14,556 bases of DNA. It comes from Synechococcus sp. (GTDB lineage Bacteria > Cyanobacteriota > Cyanobacteriia > Thermostichales > PCC-7336). The DNA lies in assembly GCA_051439425.1 (NCBI GenBank), contig JBFRWD010000086.1:1-14556 (forward strand), read 5' to 3'. The notes under the pieces are model-generated. The model worked only from the letters and a program-made list of their open reading frames with translations. It had not been told where the DNA came from and ran no database searches. The position numbers and the translations under genes are program-made. Shown one piece after another: positions 1-7,637 of the stretch; position 1 is the first letter of the stretch; each line of letters opens with the position of its first letter.

Positions 1-295
1 CTCTTATGTAATGCAGTGCGGAAAATAATAATATTCCCTCATTACATGTGAGAAATCAATTGCAAACGGGATGTAAAGAACTCAAAACTAAGAATAAAAG
101 AGCGATACATGAAGCAGAAAAGACGGCGGAATAAATTAAATTAGATACATATCAAACAGCGATGTATCAGTGTGCAAAAGGCAGGTGCTTGAGGGGGATT
201 GTCTTTTGTCATTGGAAGGATGGAGACAGTTGTGAATTTGCTTTTGATGAGAAACTGTAGCAATGAAGACATCTTCTAAGTCCCAATAATTCCCT

Positions 296-769
296 ATGCA
301 ATCAAAAGCTGAATTATTGAAGTTATGGCATTCGGCAAGTATTCTGCTCGGGAAAGATACTGCCTATCTCGATGGCATTCAAACTCATTGCGTATATTTG
401 AACGATGAAAAGACGAAGGGCTTTGATGAGCTGGTTCCCGAAATGTCTAGATCGTTTTCTTCACTCATTCGCAGTTGGCGCAAGGCGAGAGAGTGGATTC
501 AGAAAAATCTTCAAACGGATATCACAACTGCCGAGTCCGAGCGGTTTCAAACTGACTCGCGACGGCTTCTGCTTGCCATTAATCGAGACAAATCAGTTGA
601 GTTGATGACGCCGGCCATCATGGAAGCTGTCCGCCGCGATCTAGAGATGTACCGGGCGGGCAAGGCGGAGCAAGAACAGGTTGATTTCAGCTACTTGCTT
701 ACCGCCTCAAATCCCGACTGTCCAGACGCAATGCCTGACAGACGTCGATCGGACTCTCGCAGCGAATGA
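296..769 (+). CDS. Hypothetical protein, 157 aa, predicted soluble and helical
   Basis: ATG-initiated ORF after an AT-rich upstream region. Charged amphipathic-helix-like sequence with no recognisable motif. The 3' end overlaps the convergent ORF 699-1013 by 71 nt. Confidence 0.6.
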   Translation: MQSKAELLKLWHSASILLGKDTAYLDGIQTHCVYLNDEKTKGFDELVPEMSRSFSSLIRSWRKAREWIQKNLQTDITTAESERFQTDSRRLLLAINRDKSVELMTPAIMEAVRRDLEMYRAGKAEQEQVDFSYLLTASNPDCPDAMPDRRRSDSRSE

Positions 770-1013
770 TGCTGGGGCCATAGGCTCCCATCAGCATTCC
801 AGCCGCCATGCAAAGTGCGAGTGGTAAGAGCTTTAGAGGAGGATGCGATCCCTTACGCGAGTCACTATTACCCAGATGCTGTTTCATTACCGAGATGGCT
901 TGTTTTCGGAGCGAGCCTCCGATACCCAGCTCCTTGAGAGCAGCTTCAAAGGCTTGCAGGAGCGTTGTTCTTTGTATGGCAATGGAGCGTTCTAGAGTTT
1001 GCGATTGCATCAC
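699..1013 (-). CDS. Hypothetical membrane-anchored protein, at least 104 aa; start uncertain
   Basis: Helical N-terminal part, one hydrophobic segment (LKLLPLALCMAAGMLMGAYG) and a C-terminal Cys pair (RCESPIDVCQ). Last gene of the leftward cluster. The frame stays open upstream to 1223 with no further ATG/GTG/TTG. Confidence 0.55.
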   Translation of the reverse strand: MMQSQTLERSIAIQRTTLLQAFEAALKELGIGGSLRKQAISVMKQHLGNSDSRKGSHPPLKLLPLALCMAAGMLMGAYGPSIIRCESPIDVCQALRLDSRDLRR

Positions 1014-1099
1014 TGCCCGCTGGCTGCGCTGCTCCTGCTGTACCTGCAGAATGGCGTGAGACAGAGAGCGGGTGAGTTGCGTTTCAAATGCCAGGATCG

Positions 1100-1630
1100 T
1101 TAGGTCGATGGTGGTGTTGTTTCTTCTGCCGCTGGCAGTTGACTGACTGCCGAAGACGAGTCTTTTAGCCGCTTCAAGGTAGCCTGCCGCTGGAACTTTC
1201 CCAGGGCAAACGTATCGATCCCTTCAGACTGGCCGTTGATGAGCCCGCGTGCAAAGCCCTGATTAAATTTTCTTCTAATCACAGAACTGGTTAGCTCGCC
1301 GCATTCTTTGCCGGTTTGTTCGGCAAACTCACCGGCCCGAGATGTTATGTCGGCACTAATTCCAAGCGTGTAAGCGACGCTGGGGTTGCTGAAAATTTCT
1401 TGGAACTCGTCATAGACATCCTGCTCCTGCGTTCCCCCAGAGAGGTTTTTGGCGAGCGATTGAACGATAGCGAAAGCGGGCTTGAACTCCGGTTGTGCGA
1501 GCTCTTCAGGAGTCATGTTCAGCCAACCGGCAATTTTCGTAATAGCTTCCTGCTCCGTTTTAGATGGGGAGGGAGATTTCTTGGCCGCACCGGGCTGTTT
1601 AGCTTGAGTGGTGGTGGATTCGTCTGTCAT
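1100..1630 (-). CDS. Hypothetical protein, 176 aa
   Basis: ATG preceded by an AGGAG Shine-Dalgarno (1637-1641 on the - strand) that overlaps the stop codon of the upstream M23 gene. Disordered termini around a helical core. Confidence 0.8.
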   Translation of the reverse strand: MTDESTTTQAKQPGAAKKSPSPSKTEQEAITKIAGWLNMTPEELAQPEFKPAFAIVQSLAKNLSGGTQEQDVYDEFQEIFSNPSVAYTLGISADITSRAGEFAEQTGKECGELTSSVIRRKFNQGFARGLINGQSEGIDTFALGKFQRQATLKRLKDSSSAVSQLPAAEETTPPST

Positions 1631-1639
1631 GGCAAGCTC

Positions 1640-2245
1640 CTACTGTTGAGTAATGGTTTGACAGTCTGTTTGGGTGGAGGTTTGAGCTAGATAAGCAGCC
1701 GGATCGACGCGACCCCAGCCGTTAGGTAGACGTTCGTAAACCGTGAAATGTAGATGCGGGCCGGTGCTGGTGCCGGTACTTCCCACGTAGCCGATCGCGT
1801 CTCCCCGTCGGACGGACTGCCCTGGAGCGACAGCCAGTTGACTCATATGGCCGTAGATGGTTTTGTGCGAACCGTGGTTCAGCACCACCTGTAATCCAAT
1901 GGCTCCTCCGTGATTGGCCGTTTCAACGGTTCCAGCCTCGCTGCTATAAATCGGTGTCCCCATTGGAGCGGCAATATCGATGCCGCTATGGAAATTCGAG
2001 GTGCCGTAGATGGGATGAGTCCGCCAGCCGAAATCGCTAGTCACCGGCCCCGAAACTGGAGTGATAGGTGATGACTGAATGGTGGAGCCCAGAATCTCCT
2101 CAATTCGGGAGCGGTACGGAGATGGGCCAAACGAACCGGCAGCTACGCGACAAATCCAGCGATTGTTGGGTTGTGCGATTGCACTCGGGGCAACGCTCGA
2201 TAGAACGGATAACGCTATGGCAAGCGTTGCAAGTGGCTTGACCAT
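1640..2245 (-). CDS. Secreted M23-family zinc metallopeptidase (peptidoglycan endopeptidase), about 201 aa
   Basis: Signal peptide MVKPLATLAIALSVLSSVAPSAIA. M23 motifs VTSDFGWRTHP, HSGID (HxxxD), YGHM and GSTGTSTGPHLHF (HxH), and the terminal VDP..YL are intact. ATG 2245 is preferred over the track start at 2275 because it gives a normal signal peptide. Confidence 0.92.
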   Translation of the reverse strand: MVKPLATLAIALSVLSSVAPSAIAQPNNRWICRVAAGSFGPSPYRSRIEEILGSTIQSSPITPVSGPVTSDFGWRTHPIYGTSNFHSGIDIAAPMGTPIYSSEAGTVETANHGGAIGLQVVLNHGSHKTIYGHMSQLAVAPGQSVRRGDAIGYVGSTGTSTGPHLHFTVYERLPNGWGRVDPAAYLAQTSTQTDCQTITQQ

Positions 2246-2406
2246 TTGAGGGCAATTCCAAAGCGAAGAGAACACAAGCTAGCGGCAACGAGCAACAGGA
2301 CGATTGCGGTTGAGGCTGATAGCGGATTGGACAGTGCAACCTCTGCAAACGGTGCGGCCACTGCGATGCCAAGCCCACCCGTGAGGACAAAAAACCAGAT
2401 ATTCAT
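2215..2406 (-). CDS. Small hydrophobic protein, 63 aa, two predicted TM segments
   Basis: ATG at the edge of the AT-rich spacer. Two hydrophobic stretches and a basic C-terminal tail. Overlaps the M23 gene start by 31 nt. Confidence 0.55.
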   Translation of the reverse strand: MNIWFFVLTGGLGIAVAAPFAEVALSNPLSASTAIVLLLVAASLCSLRFGIALKWSSHLQRLP

Positions 2407-2746
2407 GGGCTAATTACTGTCGAACTAAGAGGTACGTGTCGAATAACTCTAGCCAGAAGACATTTCAAACCTAGCCTGAAAATCCAGATATGGATCGCAT
2501 TTTTATTCAAAAAGGAGTACGTAAAAAATTGTGAAATACAAATCTGAAGGAAATAAGCAAAAACCCATAAACAAAATACAAAGAAACCCCTAATAGAAAT
2601 ATAAAGAAACTCGTAATAGAAAGATTAAATCTGAGAAAACAAGGCGAATTTGCTTTTTTAGTTGTTCCAAAATAGATGTTCTCTGTTATCAGTAGATTAT
2701 TAGAGGAATCAATAATCATCTAACGTGCTCTTTTGGAGTAACAGAA
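2407..2746. promoter_or_regulatory. Divergent promoter/control region of the transfer locus
   Basis: 340-bp AT-rich non-coding gap between oppositely oriented gene clusters, with direct and inverted repeats. GGAG at 2735-2738 precedes ATG 2747. Exact -10/-35 elements are not assignable. Confidence 0.7.
2557..2625 (+). repeat. Three tandem 23-bp imperfect direct repeats
   Basis: GCAAAAACCCATAAACAAAATAC (2557-2579), AAAGAAACCCCTAATAGAAATAT (2580-2602), AAAGAAACTCGTAATAGAAAGAT (2603-2625). Confidence 0.65.
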
Positions 2747-3364
2747 ATGAATAGATTGCAAATAGACGGTGGGAGCCCTTATCCTCAAAAGGGCTTTCAA
2801 AAGTTGCTGAGCCCACAGTATTGGAACGAACAATTTGCCCTATTTAAACCTAGAGATATCGCCCTAACCTTTGGAGTTACAGTCAGTCTGTTTGGGGAAT
2901 GTCTATCTCAAGGGCCGCTCAAAGGTGCATTGATTCCATTGTTGCTGATTTTCAGCGCCAGCATGGTATTTCTCGCCTGTTTAGACGGCATCAACAACAA
3001 GTATCGTCGCTGGCTAGCCACGATCTATGCCGGAGGTGCGGTCGCCGCTATTCCTTTACAACCAGTGCTGGCTACCCCCATTGGTGGGGCGTCTTGCGCT
3101 TCTGGCCTGATGGGTGATTTGGCTTCCTATACCGAACAAATCATCACGGCCATCACCAACGATGCGACATTTGCCAGTCAAGCCTGTCTGATTTTTCAAT
3201 TACTGGCGGTCTTGATTGTTGTGGCCATTGTGGGCAGTTTTATCTACCTGATTTTTCAAATCAGAGATGGTTCCGAATTCCGTACCGCCGCCAATCCCCT
3301 ATTCATGACCGTGTTTGTCACGGTCGGAATTTTGCTGACCACCCGTTTGGTTCTGCAAGTGTGA
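2747..3364 (+). CDS. Multi-pass membrane protein; putative VirB2-like pilin precursor
   Basis: SD GGAG; first gene before the virB3/virB4-like gene. The C-terminal half has pilin-like topology: two hydrophobic helices separated by a short charged loop (QIRDGSEFRTAANP), following a possible signal-peptidase site (QPVLA). Confidence 0.6.
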   Translation: MNRLQIDGGSPYPQKGFQKLLSPQYWNEQFALFKPRDIALTFGVTVSLFGECLSQGPLKGALIPLLLIFSASMVFLACLDGINNKYRRWLATIYAGGAVAAIPLQPVLATPIGGASCASGLMGDLASYTEQIITAITNDATFASQACLIFQLLAVLIVVAIVGSFIYLIFQIRDGSEFRTAANPLFMTVFVTVGILLTTRLVLQV

Positions 3365-3403
3365 TCCAGTCCCGTTCTCCGCTCGCGATAGGTCTATGGG
3401 GTT

Positions 3404-6400
3404 ATGACAGAGCCCGGTAAACGACAAACACAAATCAATCCCTACATCGGTAGATCGATTGGGTTTGCCATTGTGCCGCAAAGTCAAATCTTCACCGCTG
3501 CCATCACCGTAGCGGTCGGCTGCGTGTTTCTTGCCTTGGGATTCCCCCCACAGATCTTATTTCTCACCACCCTGTGGCCGTTCGCCACCCTGTGGCTGCT
3601 GACGGGAGATCGACCCTATCTGTTTTACGAGGGCTTCTACCGCCAGCGGGTGTATGCCGTACTGCGCCTCAAAGAAGAAACCTCAGCCACCACAGGCTTA
3701 CCCGAAATCCCCAATCTAAACCGTCAGATTCGCGTACCGGAAGTAGTGGATGGACGCATGAAAACCCTTCAACGAACCGTTGCCGAAACCCGTCTCGATC
3801 TAGTCGCCTACGTGCAGTTTCCCGCCGAAAGCGTTGGAGCGGGGCAAACCAGCGATCTCGAAACGGTGGGTGCTCGGTTACTGAGAGACCACCGCAACCA
3901 ATACTTCCTGACGTTTAGCTGGTGGCTCGACGGTATTCCGGCGTCGGTGTCGGAAGCCAATGCGGATCGGTATCTGGACGATATTGGCTCTCTACTCAAG
4001 CAACTGGCGAAAGACGAGCTCCTGAGCGTCAACTACTCCTGCTTTTCCAATCTGCGGGAAACCCTGCAGCAACAGGAATTTCAAACCGCCGTTTCTCGCC
4101 ATAACCCCATATTGCAGGTGCTCGATTTGAGCCGACTGCAACGCAAGCAATCCCTTAGCCAGACCAAAACCTTCAAACGGCGGGACATTCTGCTAGAGAT
4201 TCAATTGCCGTTAGGAGAAAGTCACAGCGTTAAAGCGGATCTGTTGGGGTCCATCTTCAAGCAATTGGATCGCCTGCTGCGGATTGTGGCCGGTCAAGCG
4301 GAATCGGACACCTACTACCGGTTATTGGAACTGCTGCAATCGGGCCATCGCCGCTATTTCAACTGGTGCAACGAAATCCAAAAGCTGCCCTTTCAAGCCC
4401 ATCCCCTCACCGCCGAGCAGCTAGCGGATAACGATTACGCCGACCACCATGCGTTGAGTCGAGAGGGACAAGTTCCCAGCCTGATTGTCTGCGACCGCGA
4501 GGTGAAAGCCTTTCGTCACGTCCCGGTCAGAAACGGACTGCACGCCCGCTCGGTCATCTTCCACCCCGAACGGGGAGTTGCCGCCTTCCCACAGGTGCAT
4601 CGCCGCTATCTCTATATTCCCGCTCTGGGCAAATACGTCGGTCTGTTGGATCTGGGCAAGGTGGGTGCCGGTCAGCGGTTTAACGGAGCCCGCAAACATC
4701 TGTTGAGCCTGTGGAACGTGCAGGACTTGCCGTTCATGTACGACTACAAACTGATCACCCACGTCTCCAGCTCGTCGGATGCCAGAGCCAGATTCGAACT
4801 GGAACGTCTAACCCGCAACAGCATGCACAAAGGCGATCGCGCCAGTCAGGAGCGGACGGTAGACGTGCATTCCGATAAGCGATTGGGCCATAGTCTGGAT
4901 GCCCGCAAAGCGATTGAAGATGGGGCGACATTGATCGCCGCCACGCAAGTCTTGATTCTCTATCGCGATGACCTCAGCCAGCTCAACGATGACCTGGTCT
5001 CTGCCGCTCAAATGCTGACGCGTTATCAATCGGCTGCCCGCATCGATAGCTACGTCCTGGACTACTATCTCTCCACCCTGCCCACAACGGCCTCTGCCTC
5101 CCTAACCAAACCGTTTGACCGGCGACAGGAGTACATGACCAATGACGATCGTCCCGGAGCTGAATTTAACGGTCTGGTTCCGCTGATCAAAAACAGCAAT
5201 ACCAGTCACGATGCCACCGGACTGTTAATGCTGACGGCGAAAGGGGGCGAGCCCTATCAGCTGGACATTCTCAAGCAACCGGCTCACATCGGCATCTTTG
5301 CCACCACCCGAGGGGGCAAAAGCATTCTGATCGGCTCCTTATTTGAGGAAATGCTGCTGAATGGGGTGCCGATTGTCGCGATGGACTTTCCCAAGCCCAC
5401 CGATGGGTCATCAACGTTTCGGGACTTCACCGAAATGGTGCAGAAATTCGGAGTGAAGGCCGCTTACTACGACACGCGGCGGGTGGGAAACAATATTCTC
5501 AAGCTGCCGGATTTGCGGCAATTTGAGGCCAAGATTGCTCGATTGGACGCTCGGTTAGAGACGGCTTCTGACGATGAGCTACCGTCGATTAACCGACAAC
5601 TGGAACAGGCCAACGAGGGGTACAACAATCGCCTGCGAGCGGTGGAATCGGCCCAACTGCAATCCCTGGCAATTATCGTCAACGAGCAGGGAGAATTCGC
5701 CTCAATCGTTCGCAATACGCTGGGCAATATCCTGCGAGATTTTCATGCCGATGACACCATTTGCAGCCGCTATCGAGAGGCGATTGAAGGAGGCATTGGC
5801 AGTGCCGCTCACCAGGCCATCCCCACCCTGCACGATTTCACCGCCTTTGCCCGCGACTGGATTGCCAACTACCGCGACAACGACAGCCATCTGGATACCC
5901 CAGAGATTCAAGCGGCAATGGCCCGCATCCTGCACCAACTGAGTGCGGTGCTCAGTGGCCCGCTGGCCCACTCGATTGCCTCTCCCGGCGAGATTCCCAC
6001 CGACCTCAATTTCCTGTGTTTTGCCGTCCGCTCGGTGGACGACCCCACTGAAGTAGCGCTGACTGCCGTGAGTGCCTACAGCGCTCTACTGCTGAAGGCG
6101 TTGGAATCCCCCCGCTCCTGCTTCTGCGTGGATGAAGGGGCTATCTTCTTCCGCCATGAAGCCATCTCTAACTTGTTGGGAGAAATCAGTGCCAACGGCC
6201 TCAAGTGGGGGGCCAGGGTAGTGCTGGGGGCTCAGACGGCAGAGGATGTCAAAAAGTCCCCCTCAGCGGACAAGATTCTCAAAAACATGCAGTACAAGTT
6301 GGTGGGATTTATCACCAACGAAGCCAAACCCTCCTTCGAAGAATTCGGCTTTCCCGAGCACCTCCTGGATAAATACAGCGACACCACCACCAAGCCCTGT

Positions 6401-6691
6401 CACAAAACCATTTGCAGCAAGTGGTTGGTGTCGAACCACGGTCAGATTACCGAAGCGAAGCTCTATCCCAGTCTCACCTTGCTGGCCTTGTGCGCCAACA
6501 ATCCCGACGAACAAGACTTAAGAGATTTCTATTTCGACCGCTATCCGGGTGAGCCGTTGGTGGCGCTCAAACATTTTCGGCAGCGCTACATCCACTGCCT
6601 GCAGCATCAGCTTCCCCTGACCCCCCCCGTCACAGAACTAGAGACCCCCGCACTGGAGTCGACCAGGGAGGAGTACAGCTATGCGTCCTAA
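3404..6691 (+). CDS. virB4: VirB4-family T4SS ATPase with a fused N-terminal VirB3-like membrane domain, 1095 aa
   Basis: Walker A IFATTRGGKS (core 5300-5323), DFPKPTDGSSTF, Walker B FCVDEGA, followed by ANGLKWGARVVLGAQ. Size and position are typical. The N-terminal ~90 aa contain two hydrophobic segments. Confidence 0.85.
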   Translation: MTEPGKRQTQINPYIGRSIGFAIVPQSQIFTAAITVAVGCVFLALGFPPQILFLTTLWPFATLWLLTGDRPYLFYEGFYRQRVYAVLRLKEETSATTGLPEIPNLNRQIRVPEVVDGRMKTLQRTVAETRLDLVAYVQFPAESVGAGQTSDLETVGARLLRDHRNQYFLTFSWWLDGIPASVSEANADRYLDDIGSLLKQLAKDELLSVNYSCFSNLRETLQQQEFQTAVSRHNPILQVLDLSRLQRKQSLSQTKTFKRRDILLEIQLPLGESHSVKADLLGSIFKQLDRLLRIVAGQAESDTYYRLLELLQSGHRRYFNWCNEIQKLPFQAHPLTAEQLADNDYADHHALSREGQVPSLIVCDREVKAFRHVPVRNGLHARSVIFHPERGVAAFPQVHRRYLYIPALGKYVGLLDLGKVGAGQRFNGARKHLLSLWNVQDLPFMYDYKLITHVSSSSDARARFELERLTRNSMHKGDRASQERTVDVHSDKRLGHSLDARKAIEDGATLIAATQVLILYRDDLSQLNDDLVSAAQMLTRYQSAARIDSYVLDYYLSTLPTTASASLTKPFDRRQEYMTNDDRPGAEFNGLVPLIKNSNTSHDATGLLMLTAKGGEPYQLDILKQPAHIGIFATTRGGKSILIGSLFEEMLLNGVPIVAMDFPKPTDGSSTFRDFTEMVQKFGVKAAYYDTRRVGNNILKLPDLRQFEAKIARLDARLETASDDELPSINRQLEQANEGYNNRLRAVESAQLQSLAIIVNEQGEFASIVRNTLGNILRDFHADDTICSRYREAIEGGIGSAAHQAIPTLHDFTAFARDWIANYRDNDSHLDTPEIQAAMARILHQLSAVLSGPLAHSIASPGEIPTDLNFLCFAVRSVDDPTEVALTAVSAYSALLLKALESPRSCFCVDEGAIFFRHEAISNLLGEISANGLKWGARVVLGAQTAEDVKKSPSADKILKNMQYKLVGFITNEAKPSFEEFGFPEHLLDKYSDTTTKPCHKTICSKWLVSNHGQITEAKLYPSLTLLALCANNPDEQDLRDFYFDRYPGEPLVALKHFRQRYIHCLQHQLPLTPPVTELETPALESTREEYSYAS

Positions 6692-7637
6692 ATTCTCTGC
6701 GATCGCCATTCTCGGAGCCCTCACCCCCTTTGCGCTCGCCTCTCCCGCCGAGGCCTTCCCCATCCCGAATGTGGTGCAAGATGTCTACGACTATTTGCAA
6801 CCGATTCTGGTGGGTGGCTCCGACGACGGAGGGGGAACCGCGACCCCCGAACAACAGCAAACGATATCCACCAGCATCCAGCGCAGTTCCGACCCGTTCA
6901 GCAACTTGGTCGAATATCTGTTCGACACCAACACCGATGTCATCGCCAATTACGGCTGGTCGGAAGCAGATGTTGTTGGCTCGCTGGGCATCATCGACCC
7001 CACACTTTTGGAAGAAGGGGCCGCCGAGGAACACCTGAATGCGTTTCGGTTGCTGCGCTATCAAAACCTAGCCAGCATTTCGGATTCGGTGTTGGGCTGG
7101 GACGGTCAAAACCGACTCACCCAGCAGCAGGCCTACCACGCCTCCTATTCGGCAGCCGCCTACGCAGCTGCCGAACACAATTTCACGAAGACCGCCACCG
7201 CGCCAATTTTGCCGGTGTTGCAGCCCATGTTCGAAAGCTCCGTCACGGCGGCGGCGTCCTCCCACGAGCGCACGGCTACGCAAGATGTGTTGAAGGATAT
7301 GGCCACTCAGGATGCGTGGAGAGACAGCATCCTGACCTCGGGGCTGGGGCATCTGGGGGACAAGTTAGACCAAATCGATCTGGCCTTGCACTACTACTAT
7401 CCCCGCGCCGCCCAGCAGCGAGCGGCCACCGTCAACACGCTGCAAATACTGGGCAATCAATTGCTGGATATCCAATTGAGCAACAGCGCTCACCTGCAAC
7501 TGGGGCTGCGACAGCAGCAGCTAGAGCAGTCGGAACACGATGCCAATACCCTCAATCGGCGGGCCAGCACCCGAGCGGCCTTGCAAGCGGCCCAGCAGGT
7601 TTACATCCCCGGACTGTTTCAAGAGGAGAGGTTGTGA
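6681..7637 (+). CDS. Secreted helical protein, putative VirB5/TrbJ-like pilus-associated subunit, 318 aa
   Basis: SD GGAGGAG at 6667-6673 and an 11-nt overlap with virB4. Signal peptide ending SPAEA. Gln/Ala-rich long helices. Sits between virB4 and the virB6-like gene. Confidence 0.6.
   Translation: MRPKFSAIAILGALTPFALASPAEAFPIPNVVQDVYDYLQPILVGGSDDGGGTATPEQQQTISTSIQRSSDPFSNLVEYLFDTNTDVIANYGWSEADVVGSLGIIDPTLLEEGAAEEHLNAFRLLRYQNLASISDSVLGWDGQNRLTQQQAYHASYSAAAYAAAEHNFTKTATAPILPVLQPMFESSVTAAASSHERTATQDVLKDMATQDAWRDSILTSGLGHLGDKLDQIDLALHYYYPRAAQQRAATVNTLQILGNQLLDIQLSNSAHLQLGLRQQQLEQSEHDANTLNRRASTRAALQAAQQVYIPGLFQEERL

Noticed and set aside
1640..2406. Prophage lysis cassette
   Set aside because: No phage genes nearby, the M23 has a Sec-type signal peptide, and the context is conjugative.
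2557..2625. CRISPR array or proven oriT/oriV interpretation of the repeats
   Set aside because: There are no spacers and the copies are degenerate. No recognisable nic site and no cas, rep or relaxase gene in the window.
2507..2719. 70-aa Phe/Leu-rich ORF on the - strand
   Set aside because: Its hydrophobicity follows from the A-rich + strand repeats in the promoter spacer, and there is no SD. Probably spurious.
2407..2746. NtcA (GTA-N8-TAC) or cyanobacterial LexA boxes near the GTAC sites
   Set aside because: The second half-sites do not match at the required spacing.
7316..7636. N-terminal extension of the virB6-like ORF in the track (515 aa)
   Set aside because: It overlaps the upstream gene by more than 300 nt. 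The SD and TGATG coupling support ATG 7637.
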